This document shows, piece by piece, positions 51,383 to 60,553 of a stretch of 64,000 nt of DNA. The stretch spans positions 1,728,001 to 1,792,000 of the forward strand of contig OZ251539.1 of the NCBI GenBank assembly GCA_965243135.1. Direction: 5' to 3'. The stretch is from Alphaproteobacteria bacterium (lineage in GTDB: Bacteria; Pseudomonadota; Alphaproteobacteria; MPNO01; UBA830). A model generated the notes under the pieces. It searched no databases, had not been told where the DNA came from, and saw nothing but the letters and a program-made list of their open reading frames with translations. Position numbers and translations under genes: made by a program. Each line of letters begins with the position of its first letter. The first letter of the stretch is position 1.

Positions 51383-51745
51383 GCGACCTGGGACTGTATC
51401 GTGGTCGGCGGCGGCTCGGCCGGCGCTGGCCGCCGGCTCGGCGGCAAGCGCGTACTGCCGTTCGAAGCCGGCCGCGACGCGCCGCAAGGCCGGGAAGGCG
51501 CCGAAATCTTCGCGAGCGACGATGCATTGGAAACCTGGATTCGCGAAAATTGCCGCGGGTTTTTCCATCCCGTCAGCGCCTGCCGGATTGGCGCGGCGAA
51601 AGACCCGATGGCGGTCGTGGATCCCGCCTGCCGGGCTTGCGGCGTGCAGGGGCTGCGAGTCGTCGATGCATATGCCGACAATCGTCCGGGCCAACGCCGA
51701 CGGCTATAATGGTCGCAGAGAAAGTACCGGATGAAATGACGAAAT
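51383..51745 (+). pseudogene. Internally deleted, frameshifted GMC oxidoreductase remnant
   Basis: N-terminus WDCIVVGGGSAG...RVL.FEAG is joined directly to C-terminus FHPVSACRIG...AVVDP.CR..GVQGLRVVDA / MPTIVRAN / AIMVAEK, spread across frames. Confidence 0.8.
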
Positions 51746-51761
51746 CGCAGGAGGCGGCATC

Positions 51762-52688
51762 ATGGCGTACGTCGCGTTCATCGGCCTCGGCAATATGGGC
51801 GGTCCCATGTCCGGCAATCTCGTCCGGGCCGGGTACGAGGTAACGGGCCACGATATCGTGCCGGAAAAGACCTCGCGCGCGGCGGAGCGCGGCGTTCGCC
51901 CCGCCGCCTCGAACTCCGAAGCCGCCGCAGGCGCCGATTTCGTGTTCACCATGCTACCCACCGGCAAGGAGGTGCGGGAAGTGCTCGTGGACAAGGATGC
52001 GGTTCTTGACGTCGTGACGTCCGAAACGATCGTGGTCGATTCCTCGACGACCGACCTCGCCACCACCGACTACATTCATTCGGCCGCTGCGGAACGCGGG
52101 ATCGCATTGATCGACTCACCCGTTTCGGGAGGCATGGCAGGCGCCGAGGCGGCGACGCTCACCTTCATGGCCGGCGGCGACGGCGACGCGGTGGACCGGG
52201 CCGAGCCAGCGTTTCTTGCGATGGGGCGCAAGGTCGTGCGGGCGGGCGGTCCGCGCTCCGGTCAGGCCGTTAAAGTCTGCAACAACATGTTGCTCGGAAT
52301 CTCGATGGTTGGAGTTTGCGAGGCGATCGCGCTCGGCGAAGCGGCCGGCGTGGACCATCAGGTTCTGTTCGACGTGATCTCGACCTCGACGGGCAATTGT
52401 TGGTCGATGAACGTGAACTGTCCGATTCCCGGCATGGTCGACACGGCGCCGGCCAACCGGGGCTATGCTCCGGGTTTCACGGCGACGCTGATGCTCAAGG
52501 ATCTGACCCTCGCCCAGGAAGCGGCGTCCCGCGTGGGAGCGGCAACGCCGCTCGGCGAACATGCGCGGGCTCTTTACCAGCGTTTCTGCGCGGAGCGTGG
52601 CGGCGAGGTCGATTTTTCCGCGATGGTCGAAATGGTGCGCGAAATGACGAGGGATCAAGGCTCTCCTGAGGCCCGCCTCGCCGAATAA
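51762..52688 (+). CDS. mmsB: 3-hydroxyisobutyrate dehydrogenase
   Basis: FIGLGNMGGPM, DSPVSGG, LTFMAGG, KVCNNMLL, LMLKDL. Confidence 0.9.
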   Translation: MAYVAFIGLGNMGGPMSGNLVRAGYEVTGHDIVPEKTSRAAERGVRPAASNSEAAAGADFVFTMLPTGKEVREVLVDKDAVLDVVTSETIVVDSSTTDLATTDYIHSAAAERGIALIDSPVSGGMAGAEAATLTFMAGGDGDAVDRAEPAFLAMGRKVVRAGGPRSGQAVKVCNNMLLGISMVGVCEAIALGEAAGVDHQVLFDVISTSTGNCWSMNVNCPIPGMVDTAPANRGYAPGFTATLMLKDLTLAQEAASRVGAATPLGEHARALYQRFCAERGGEVDFSAMVEMVREMTRDQGSPEARLAE

Positions 52689-52843
52689 GAAGGGGCTTTT
52701 GCTTCGCCCGGTGCGGGCGTCGCCATCGTCGGCGGCGGCATCAACTCGGAGCATTGGGAGGTCGAAAGTGCCGGCCGGGCCGAGCTGCTGCGAATCGGAC
52801 GGCAGCATGACGCGGAGGCGGACAGCATCGTCGCCGCGCAGCG

Positions 52844-53584
52844 CTACCGCCCCTTCGGGTCCGAGAGCGAACCGAACGGACCGTCGTCGGCAAAGGTCGA
52901 GATCGCTGATTGGCGCATCGCTGGGACCTGCCGCTTCACTCGCTCGTCAAGAACGCTCTCCTGCGTATCGAGTTCGCGGGCAAACCGAATGAGTAGTCGT
53001 CGGTAAAGGTCGAATTCCCTGTTCTGCCGCGCCCCGGCCAACTGCCGAATGGCAAGGTCATCGCGCCGTGGCGAGCCGCACTTGCGCATGAGGAGAAGCG
53101 CGGCATCCCCGCGTTCGGAGAGGCGGCTTTTGCGATGCGCCGCATCTTCCAACGCCTCGTCGAACGCCGTTCGCGCTTCCTCGGCCAATCTGGTCCTGAG
53201 CGTCGTATAGAGGGCTGGCGTCGCCACTCCTATCCAGCACACGGGATCATCGACTCGCGTAAAGGTTATCTCCGAATCAAGGAGTTCGACTTCGGCAATC
53301 GCGGCGGCCTGTACGAATTCTGCCCCCACAGCGACCAATCCTTGGCCGGAAGCAATCGGCCAGGCGCATGTCGGCGGCAGCAACGTCCCCAGCGCCGACG
53401 CCTCGTCCGGGTCGGCGACGACCAGCGCCTTGGTATCGTTCCGCCAATCGAGCCGGCGCGCGAGGTACAGCGCGGGGTCGCCCTCGAACGAGAGCAAGGG
53501 GCAGCAAAGATGCATCTGGTCGCCAATATCGGCGACGGATATGTGAAATCCCCGCAACATGGCGGACTTGCGCACGTCAACCAC
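52844..53584 (-). CDS. Hypothetical protein (246 aa)
   Basis: Protein-like composition; GTG start preceded by GGGAGG and overlapping the stop of the upstream ORF. No motif recognised. Confidence 0.55.
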   Translation of the reverse strand: MVDVRKSAMLRGFHISVADIGDQMHLCCPLLSFEGDPALYLARRLDWRNDTKALVVADPDEASALGTLLPPTCAWPIASGQGLVAVGAEFVQAAAIAEVELLDSEITFTRVDDPVCWIGVATPALYTTLRTRLAEEARTAFDEALEDAAHRKSRLSERGDAALLLMRKCGSPRRDDLAIRQLAGARQNREFDLYRRLLIRFARELDTQESVLDERVKRQVPAMRQSAISTFADDGPFGSLSDPKGR

Positions 53585-53957
53585 GGGCGGCCTCCCGCGC
53601 CGTTGATTCCCTTACCGATCGCGCCATCGACTTATTTTGCCTCGGCACGATGACGCGGTCGGAGATCCGCCGGTAGATTCGGAGGCTTTCGCTTTCCGCC
53701 GGCGGACTGCGCCGGAGCCAATCGACGTAATCGTCACGACTGACTTCGGTCGTATAGACTGCCCGTAGCGTCAGGCGGCCGGGAATCAGGGATGCAGACT
53801 TCCCGCGTCCAGGCTCGCGCCGCGTTCTGATGCCCTTTGACGATGGTGAATCCGGTCGCTGGAAACTGACTCCCGGACTTGGGGGCGCATCCCTCAAGGT
53901 AGTCTCCATAGTGGGCGCGGACGTACTGTGCATCCTGCCAATTCCGCAACGGAACAT
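53577..53957 (-). CDS. Hypothetical protein (start uncertain)
   Basis: Stop overlaps the start of 52844..53584 by 8 bp. No motif recognised. Confidence 0.35.
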   Translation of the reverse strand: MFRCGIGRMHSTSAPTMETTLRDAPPSPGVSFQRPDSPSSKGIRTRREPGRGKSASLIPGRLTLRAVYTTEVSRDDYVDWLRRSPPAESESLRIYRRISDRVIVPRQNKSMARSVRESTAREAARG

Positions 53958-54077
53958 CCAGCGTCTGGAAGGCCGTTTGCCGTGCTGTCAAGCGGTGGAG
54001 CAGTACGGATCTTGTCCGTTTCGGAGCGAAGCGCAACCGGTTGCGCGGTCCCGAAAAATCTTTCCCGAAAACGCCGG

Positions 54078-55511
54078 TTACGAAAACAGAACCTGGATGT
54101 CGGTGTATTCCGTAAGTCCTTCTTCGCCGAACTCGACGCCGATTCCAGAGGACTTGACCCCGCCGAACGGCGCGTTCGGCTGGATCATGCCGTGCTTGTT
54201 GATCCAGACCGAACCGCACTCCATCCGGCGGGCGACCTTCGTTGCCAGCGCAATGTCGCGACTCCAGACCGAGCCGCCGAGCCCGCTGGGATTGTCGTTG
54301 GCCATCTCGATCGCTTCCTCGGCATCGGAGAATCTGACGACGGGCAGCACCGGCCCGAACTGCTCCTCGTCGACCAGCCGATCGCCGTTCTCGAGATCGG
54401 TTATGATCGTAACCGGAAAAAAGTACCCTCCGGACTTTCTCAACTTTTTCTTCAGGCTCTTTCTCGGCCTGCCGCCCAGCAGAACCGTCCCTTTCCGTTT
54501 CCCGTCCCGGGCCAGTTCCGCGACTTTCGCGTACTGCCGCGAATTCTGCACCGGACCGAGAACGCTGTCCGGATCGGTTCCTGTCCCCATCGGCATCTTC
54601 CTCGCGAATTTCACCAACTCGCGGCATACGGCATCGTGCACGTCGTCGTGAACGTAGAGCCGCTTCAGCGCCGCGCAGGTCTGGCCGGCATTGATGAACG
54701 CGCCCCAGAACAATCCTTCCGCGATCGCCTTGGGATCGACGTCCGGCAAAACGATGCCGGCGTCGTTGCCGCCGAGTTCGAGCGTCAAGCGTTTCATCGT
54801 CCCGGCGGCCGTCTCCATCACCTTCCGTCCGGTCTCGCAGGATCCGGTGAACACGATCTTGCCGATGCCGCGATGCGAGGACATGGCGGCGCCGATCCTG
54901 TCCTTGCCGGCGACGCAATTCACGACCCCTTTCGGCAGAACCCGGTTCATCAGTTCGATCAGGCGCAAGGTCGCCAAGGGCGTAAAGGGAGACGGTTTGC
55001 AGACGACGGTGTTCCCCGTGACGAGCGCCGGAACGATGTGCCAGATCGCGATCAGAACGGGAAAATTCCAGGGCGTGATCGAACCGACGACGCCGATCGG
55101 CTTTCTGCGAAGTTCGACGCGACCCTCGTCGTCGTCCTGCAACGTCCTCGGCGGCAGCGACAGGCTGGCGGTGTATCTCGTCCATGCGACCGCGCCGCCG
55201 ATTTCCCAGCGCGAACCCAACCCGTTCAGAGGCTTGCCCTGTTCGAGCGTGAGCAAATGCGCCAGTTCCTCCGCGCGCTCCTCGATCTTGTCGGCGACGG
55301 CGAGGCAAGCCTGTCGGCGCTTCTTTTCCGTCGTATTTTTCCAGGTTCGAAACGCCCGGGCGGCCGCGTCGACCGCCCGGTCCAGGTCGCCCGGCCCGGC
55401 GAGCGGCGCGAGGCCGGCGACCTTTCCGTTCGCAGGGTTGACGACCTCGAACAGCTTTTTCGTCGGAATTTTCTTGCCGTCAATCACCAGTCTTTGCGGG
55501 TCCATCTTCAT
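54078..55511 (-). CDS. Aldehyde dehydrogenase
   Basis: ITPWNFP, KPSP.TP, FTGS, LELGGND, NAGQTC, EQFGPV, PFGG.K.SG.G. Confidence 0.95.
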   Translation of the reverse strand: MKMDPQRLVIDGKKIPTKKLFEVVNPANGKVAGLAPLAGPGDLDRAVDAAARAFRTWKNTTEKKRRQACLAVADKIEERAEELAHLLTLEQGKPLNGLGSRWEIGGAVAWTRYTASLSLPPRTLQDDDEGRVELRRKPIGVVGSITPWNFPVLIAIWHIVPALVTGNTVVCKPSPFTPLATLRLIELMNRVLPKGVVNCVAGKDRIGAAMSSHRGIGKIVFTGSCETGRKVMETAAGTMKRLTLELGGNDAGIVLPDVDPKAIAEGLFWGAFINAGQTCAALKRLYVHDDVHDAVCRELVKFARKMPMGTGTDPDSVLGPVQNSRQYAKVAELARDGKRKGTVLLGGRPRKSLKKKLRKSGGYFFPVTIITDLENGDRLVDEEQFGPVLPVVRFSDAEEAIEMANDNPSGLGGSVWSRDIALATKVARRMECGSVWINKHGMIQPNAPFGGVKSSGIGVEFGEEGLTEYTDIQVLFS

Positions 55512-56837
55512 CTACTCCCGTTTCGCCGGCGACTCGCCGGCATGCCAGTCGCGGAAATGATTCCGGTGGGTGTCCAGATAGGCCCCGGGCTTCATGTGAG
55601 CGTCGTAGAAGTCGAGGTCCAGATGATGGGCCTGAATCAGCACGCTCATCTGAATCGGATCGACCGTCGCCGGAAACTTGCCGAAGGTGTCGTGGACGTA
55701 GCGGCAGATGTCCTTGACGCAAGCCAGCCCCTCGGGCGACGCCTGAACGGTCGCCGCGTCGAAACTCCGGTTGTCGGCCGTGTGCGGCTTGAGCATGCCG
55801 CGAGCTTCCCATTCGTCCATGCTCAGCGTGGCTCCCTCGACCGCGGCGTCCACCGCTTCGTCCATGTCGCCGTGGAACGGCGGGCAGTATCCCTCGAAGA
55901 CGCCCGGGCGGCCGACCGGCACTGGAAAAGGTTCCGATTCCGACATCAGGAACCGAAACCCGAGTCCCTTCGCCGCCGGCGTTCCGCCGAGCAGGACGAG
56001 CGACGAGAAGCCGCCGTAAACCCAGCCGCCGAGACCCATCGCCTGCATCGCCAGCATCATCAGCTGACCCATGAAGGCGGCCTCGGCCAGCATGCCGTCG
56101 CTGATGATTTTCTCCAGCCGCGAGAGGGGCAAGACCTTCTTTCTGGAAAGAAAACCGCTGTCGACCCACTTGCCGTTGCCGCAGGGGCGCATCCCGTTGC
56201 GGTCGTCGACGAGGTAATACCCGCCCCCGTCGCCGGAATACCGTCCGGCCTTCGCGTCGCTGAAATTGAGTATGAGCTTGATCAGGTCCTTGGTCACGTC
56301 GATGACCGGCATGAAGAGCGTCGTGCCGGGCTTGTTGCAGACCCATTGGTTGTGCGGCCATACGCCCGGTTCGCGCGCGGGCAGGTCCATGCGCCCGTCG
56401 TCGAGTTTCTCGACGAAGTTTTCGTAGAAGCCCAGAAACTTCGAGCGATCGTCCCTGCCCTCGTATTCGCGCATCTTCGTCATCTTCGCCTTGTCGGCGT
56501 TGACCACGTAGACCCCTCGATCGTCGGTGAAGAACAATCGGGCGCGGTGGGATCCCATGGCGGAGGGATAAGGCTTGCCGATCGTCTTGACCATGCCCCC
56601 GGGATACTCGGTCTCGGCGAGAATCGGTCCCGTGGTGGCGGTCGCCGCCGCGACCAGCATCGCGGTCTCGAGGTCGTCGAGAGGAACCGGGCGCTTGTCC
56701 GAGCGGTACCGGAACGGTCCGCCTTCCATTTCCATGCCGAGGCCGAACCGCCTCGAACGCCGGCCCATGATCGCGTCGAACAGGGGATAGTTCCACGCCG
56801 CCTCGACCTGCGGCGGCAGCCCTTTCGGTCCGCTCAT
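55512..56837 (-). CDS. Uncharacterised protein, probable nitroreductase-like (FMN-binding) fold
   Basis: DAIMGRRSRRF (RxSxR), PSA(MG) motif, and EAAFMGQLMMLAMQAMGLGGW, which resembles the nitroreductase QN..LAA.A.GLG motif. Confidence 0.6.
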   Translation of the reverse strand: MSGPKGLPPQVEAAWNYPLFDAIMGRRSRRFGLGMEMEGGPFRYRSDKRPVPLDDLETAMLVAAATATTGPILAETEYPGGMVKTIGKPYPSAMGSHRARLFFTDDRGVYVVNADKAKMTKMREYEGRDDRSKFLGFYENFVEKLDDGRMDLPAREPGVWPHNQWVCNKPGTTLFMPVIDVTKDLIKLILNFSDAKAGRYSGDGGGYYLVDDRNGMRPCGNGKWVDSGFLSRKKVLPLSRLEKIISDGMLAEAAFMGQLMMLAMQAMGLGGWVYGGFSSLVLLGGTPAAKGLGFRFLMSESEPFPVPVGRPGVFEGYCPPFHGDMDEAVDAAVEGATLSMDEWEARGMLKPHTADNRSFDAATVQASPEGLACVKDICRYVHDTFGKFPATVDPIQMSVLIQAHHLDLDFYDAHMKPGAYLDTHRNHFRDWHAGESPAKRE

Positions 56838-57067
56838 CGCCCTGCCCCGCCGCGACCGGCGACCGCACGAAACGGAAGCGCCGCCAGAAAGCCCCAGAAG
56901 GCCGGCGAACCGATGGCAAGCCGCAAAATCCTGGCGACGTCTTTCCGATCCATTCTGGTTTCCGCTTCCCAGACGCCCATTTTTCCGGTCAACACCAACT
57001 CGCCGCCGGAAACGCGAAGCGCCTCGACGTCGAACGCGAACTCTCCCGCCGCGGATTCGATCCTCAT
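56834..57067 (-). CDS. Small hypothetical protein (77 aa) with hydrophobic C-terminal helix
   Basis: MRIESAAGEF...LTGKMGVWEAET...; strong RBS, and ATGA overlap with the next gene. Confidence 0.6.
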   Translation of the reverse strand: MRIESAAGEFAFDVEALRVSGGELVLTGKMGVWEAETRMDRKDVARILRLAIGSPAFWGFLAALPFRAVAGRGGAGR

Positions 57068-57081
57068 TCCCTTTTCTCTCC

Positions 57082-57507
57082 TTAGCGAACGCCCTTCCAG
57101 TAGGCGTCCTTGCGAGCGATCAAGCCGCCCCGGATCCGGTAGACGTCGAGGCCGCGAGCCTTGCGTCGGATCCCGTCGGAACCGGCGTACTTCACGCGAT
57201 AGGTCTGGATGACGGTGAGGCCGTGGAACTTGAATCGCGATTTCGAGAATTCGGGACCCGCCGGCAGTCGGAAGCGCCGTTCCATTTCGGCCAGGGCCGC
57301 CTCCTTGCCGAGAAAGCGTTCGCCGGTCGGCGGACGCCACTCGAACGCAGGCGAAAGGCACTTCGACACGGCGTCGAGGTCCTGCCGCTGGAACGCCATC
57401 TCGAATTCGTGGAACAGGATCTTCGCGGCCAGTTCCTCGGATACGGGGCCCGGATCGCGGAGGATTTCCTCTTCGATTTGCCTCGACCTGTTTCTGACGA
57501 TCCTCAT
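57082..57507 (-). CDS. SnoaL/NTF2-like fold protein
   Basis: AFQRQDLDAV..CLSP.FEW, G...A, GLDVYRIRGGLIARKDAYWK. C-terminal 141 aa of the 579-aa track ORF. Confidence 0.8.
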   Translation of the reverse strand: MRIVRNRSRQIEEEILRDPGPVSEELAAKILFHEFEMAFQRQDLDAVSKCLSPAFEWRPPTGERFLGKEAALAEMERRFRLPAGPEFSKSRFKFHGLTVIQTYRVKYAGSDGIRRKARGLDVYRIRGGLIARKDAYWKGVR

Positions 57508-57512
57508 CGCGG

Positions 57513-58811
57513 TCACCGGGCGAGTTCCGGCAGGAAGGTCGCGATTCCGGGAAAGGCGACGATCAGGCCGATCAGGACCAGCAGCGCCGCGCAAAACGGC
57601 ATGACCCCGATGAAAACCTCGCCGAGCGGCAAATCGTCGACCAGCCCGCGGATCACGAACACGTTTATCCCCATCGGCGGGGTTATGAGGGCGAGTTCGA
57701 CCACCATCACGACCAGCACGCCGAACCAGACCGCGTCGAAGCCCAGCGCCGCGACGATGGGGAAGAAGACGGGTATCGAAAGGATGATCATCGCCATCGT
57801 GTCGAGGAAGGCTCCCAACAGGATGTAGACGCCGATGATGAGAACGATGGTCGTCGTCGGCGACAGTTCGAGTCCGGCGATCCACCCGCCGAGAAGAGAC
57901 GGGGTGCCGCTCAGGGAGAGGAAGCCCGAGAACAGGATCGCGCCGATCAGTATCAGAAAGATCATCGCCGTCGTTTGAACGGTATCGATCAGGCATTCGG
58001 CGATCTGGCGAAGTCCGAGCCGCCGCATGGCCAGCCCGATCGCCAGGGCTCCGACCGCGCCGATGCCGGCCGCTTCCGTCGGCGTGAATATTCCGGCGTA
58101 GATGCCGCCGATGACCACGCCGAACAGCGCCAGGATCGACCAGACCTTTCCGAGTCCGGCGGCGCGCCGCTCGGCCGCCGCGACCGGCGCCGGCGCGGCC
58201 GACGGGCTGACGCGAACGATCGCGGCGACGGTGACCATGAACAGGAGGGTGAGCAGCGCGCCGGGAACGATTCCGGCGAGGAAGAGATCTCCGATGCTGG
58301 TTTCCGTGAGAATGCCGTAGATCAGCATGATTACGCTGGGCGGAATCAGGATGCCCACCGTTCCGCCGGCGGCGATGGAGCCCGTGGCCAGCCTGGCGCC
58401 GTACCCGAAACGCCTCATCTGCGGCAGAGCCACCTGCCCCATCGTCGCCGCCGTCGCCAGCGACGATCCGCAGACCGCGCCGAAGGCCGCGCAAGCGGCG
58501 ATGCTGGCGTGCGCGAGACCGCCGCGGGCGCGCGCCAGCCAGCCATGGAAAGCTTCGAAGAGGTCGCCGCTGATTCCGGAAGCGGAAGCGAACGTTCCCA
58601 TCAATACGAACAGGGGAATGACGCTGAGTTCGAAGTTCTGGGCGGATTCGTAAACCGAAAGCCCGGCGAGAGAAAGCGCCGCCTCCGGCCCGACGATCAT
58701 CGACGTGCCCAACACCGCCGCGCCGGACATCGCGAGGCCGAGATGCGCGCCCATCACGAGCGCGGCGAACATCAGAAAGAAGATCAGGGGCACGAGAAAG
58801 TCGATGGACAT
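57513..58811 (-). CDS. TRAP transporter large permease (DctM)
   Basis: IPLFVLMG, GAVCGSSLATA, GGTVGILIPPS, FTPTEAA, TPPMGINVF. Confidence 0.93.
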   Translation of the reverse strand: MSIDFLVPLIFFLMFAALVMGAHLGLAMSGAAVLGTSMIVGPEAALSLAGLSVYESAQNFELSVIPLFVLMGTFASASGISGDLFEAFHGWLARARGGLAHASIAACAAFGAVCGSSLATAATMGQVALPQMRRFGYGARLATGSIAAGGTVGILIPPSVIMLIYGILTETSIGDLFLAGIVPGALLTLLFMVTVAAIVRVSPSAAPAPVAAAERRAAGLGKVWSILALFGVVIGGIYAGIFTPTEAAGIGAVGALAIGLAMRRLGLRQIAECLIDTVQTTAMIFLILIGAILFSGFLSLSGTPSLLGGWIAGLELSPTTTIVLIIGVYILLGAFLDTMAMIILSIPVFFPIVAALGFDAVWFGVLVVMVVELALITPPMGINVFVIRGLVDDLPLGEVFIGVMPFCAALLVLIGLIVAFPGIATFLPELAR

Positions 58812-58817
58812 CCGCGT

Positions 58818-59321
58818 TCACTTCCCGGCGTCGCCGGCGAACAGGTTGCGGAATTCCCGCGCGAGCCGGAAGGCCAGCACGACGACGAACAGCAGGATGC
58901 CGACGGACATGACGACGGACGTCGGCCAGAACGGCAGTTCCCAGATCTGCGTGGTTTCGCCGGACTCGACGACCGAAACCGTCTTGACGACCAGCCGCCA
59001 GGCGAGCAGCCCCGCGACGCCGGCGGCCAGGACCGCGTTGATCGCGGCGGCGACCAGCCTCGCCTTTTCCGGGAACGTCAACTGGAAGGTGTCGACGACG
59101 ACGTGCCGTCGATTCGCTTCGGTCAAGGCGAGGCCGCAGAACACCAGGACCCCCATCAACAGCATGACGCTCTCGACCGTTCCGACGAGAGCGCCCCCGA
59201 GCAGGTTGCGGCCGATCACGTCGAGAAAGGTCAACGTCATGATCGCGACCAGCGCCGCGGCGCCGAACCAGGCGAGCAGCGACGCCGCTCGCCTAGCCGC
59301 GTCTTCCGGGGAGCGGCGCAT
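58818..59321 (-). CDS. TRAP transporter small permease (DctQ)
   Basis: DVIGR, HVVVD, 4 TM helices. Confidence 0.88.
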   Translation of the reverse strand: MRRSPEDAARRAASLLAWFGAAALVAIMTLTFLDVIGRNLLGGALVGTVESVMLLMGVLVFCGLALTEANRRHVVVDTFQLTFPEKARLVAAAINAVLAAGVAGLLAWRLVVKTVSVVESGETTQIWELPFWPTSVVMSVGILLFVVVLAFRLAREFRNLFAGDAGK

Positions 59322-59333
59322 GCCGGCGCCCGG

Positions 59334-60347
59334 CTATTTCCGAAGTTCGGCGACGATCGCCTGGAGATCCGCCATCAGCGCCTTGCCGTCCAGCCCGGCC
59401 GCGTCGGCGTCGGCGATCCACTTGTCGGCCAGCGGCCGGGTCAACGCCTTCATCCGCGCCGCCTCGGCGTCGCTCAGAACCGTGACGACGTTGCCCTTGG
59501 CCTTCACCGCGTCGATTCCGGCTTGTTCCGCCTCGTCCCATTTGCGGGAGATGAAGCGCGATCCCCATTCGCCGCTGACCTTCATGACGGCCGCCCTTTG
59601 CGTCTCGCTCAGCTGCGACCAAGTCCGCGGGCTCATGGTCAGGAAGAATATGCCGGTGTAGGTGCCGTCGGGAACGTCGAGATGGTGGGTGGTCACCTCG
59701 GCGAGGCGGAAGCCTTTCACCGATTCCCAGGGGAACTGGGTGACGTCGATCGTCCGCCGCGCGAGCGCCTCGTGCGTCTGTCCCGGGCGAAGGAACACCG
59801 GGACCGCGCCGAGAGCTTCGGCTATCTTCACCCCGTTGCCGCCGGCCCGGACCTTGCGTCCCTTGAAGTCGTCCAGCTTCACGAGCGGAACGGCGCTGTG
59901 ATAAATGTGCGGCGCATGAGCGAACAGCGCCAGCAGTCGGGTGTCCGCGGTGTCCTTGGCGATGAAGCCGTGTTTTTCGTACCAGCGCCACGCCGCCACG
60001 CCGCCGATTTCGGCCGTGGGCACGGCGAACGGCACTTCGACGGCGAACATCTTCCAGAAACGCTTGGGATAATAGGCCGCGACGCTCCACGCGACGTCCA
60101 CCACGCCGTTCTTCGCGAGCTCGTATTGCCCGTTGGGCTTGGCGAGCGGGGTCTTCATGACCTCCGCTTTCAGTTCGCCGCCCGAAGCCTTCTCGAGTTC
60201 GTCCGCCCAGGCCCGAAGGGTCGCGGTCATGTGATGCACCGGAGGCAGCCAGTTCGCGACCCGGATGTTGCGGGTTTCGGCCGTCGCTTCGACTCCGGCC
60301 GCAGACAACGCGGCCAGCAGAATTCCTTTCGCCAAGAAGCGGTTCAT
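59334..60347 (-). CDS. TRAP transporter substrate-binding protein (DctP)
   Basis: Signal peptide; NWLPPVH, GVVDVAW, DFKGRKVR, LGAVPV. Confidence 0.9.
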   Translation of the reverse strand: MNRFLAKGILLAALSAAGVEATAETRNIRVANWLPPVHHMTATLRAWADELEKASGGELKAEVMKTPLAKPNGQYELAKNGVVDVAWSVAAYYPKRFWKMFAVEVPFAVPTAEIGGVAAWRWYEKHGFIAKDTADTRLLALFAHAPHIYHSAVPLVKLDDFKGRKVRAGGNGVKIAEALGAVPVFLRPGQTHEALARRTIDVTQFPWESVKGFRLAEVTTHHLDVPDGTYTGIFFLTMSPRTWSQLSETQRAAVMKVSGEWGSRFISRKWDEAEQAGIDAVKAKGNVVTVLSDAEAARMKALTRPLADKWIADADAAGLDGKALMADLQAIVAELRK

Positions 60348-60479
60348 CGTGAAGTTCCTCCCCCTTGAGACGCCTGCGGCGCCGGACCGCCGCCCCGGCG
60401 AACGTTCTTTCGGTTGAAACGACCGCCCGACCGGCTCGCGCGCATGGTATGCCGCGCGAAAACCGGGATCAAGAAAAAA

Positions 60480-60495
60480 ATGAACCCGAATTCGT
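60480..60495. promoter_or_regulatory. Possible TetR operator in the divergent intergenic region
   Basis: Imperfect palindrome ATGAA-N6-TTCGT in an AT-rich patch between dctP and tetR. Confidence 0.25.
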
Positions 60496-60553
60496 ATTTG
60501 GTTCGCGGCCCTCGCCGTTCTATGATCGACGCGAACGTCGGAAAGCGAAACCC

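Noticed and set aside
53928-57212. 1094-aa plus-strand ORF
   Set aside because: Antisense to the ALDH and nitroreductase-like genes; no motifs.
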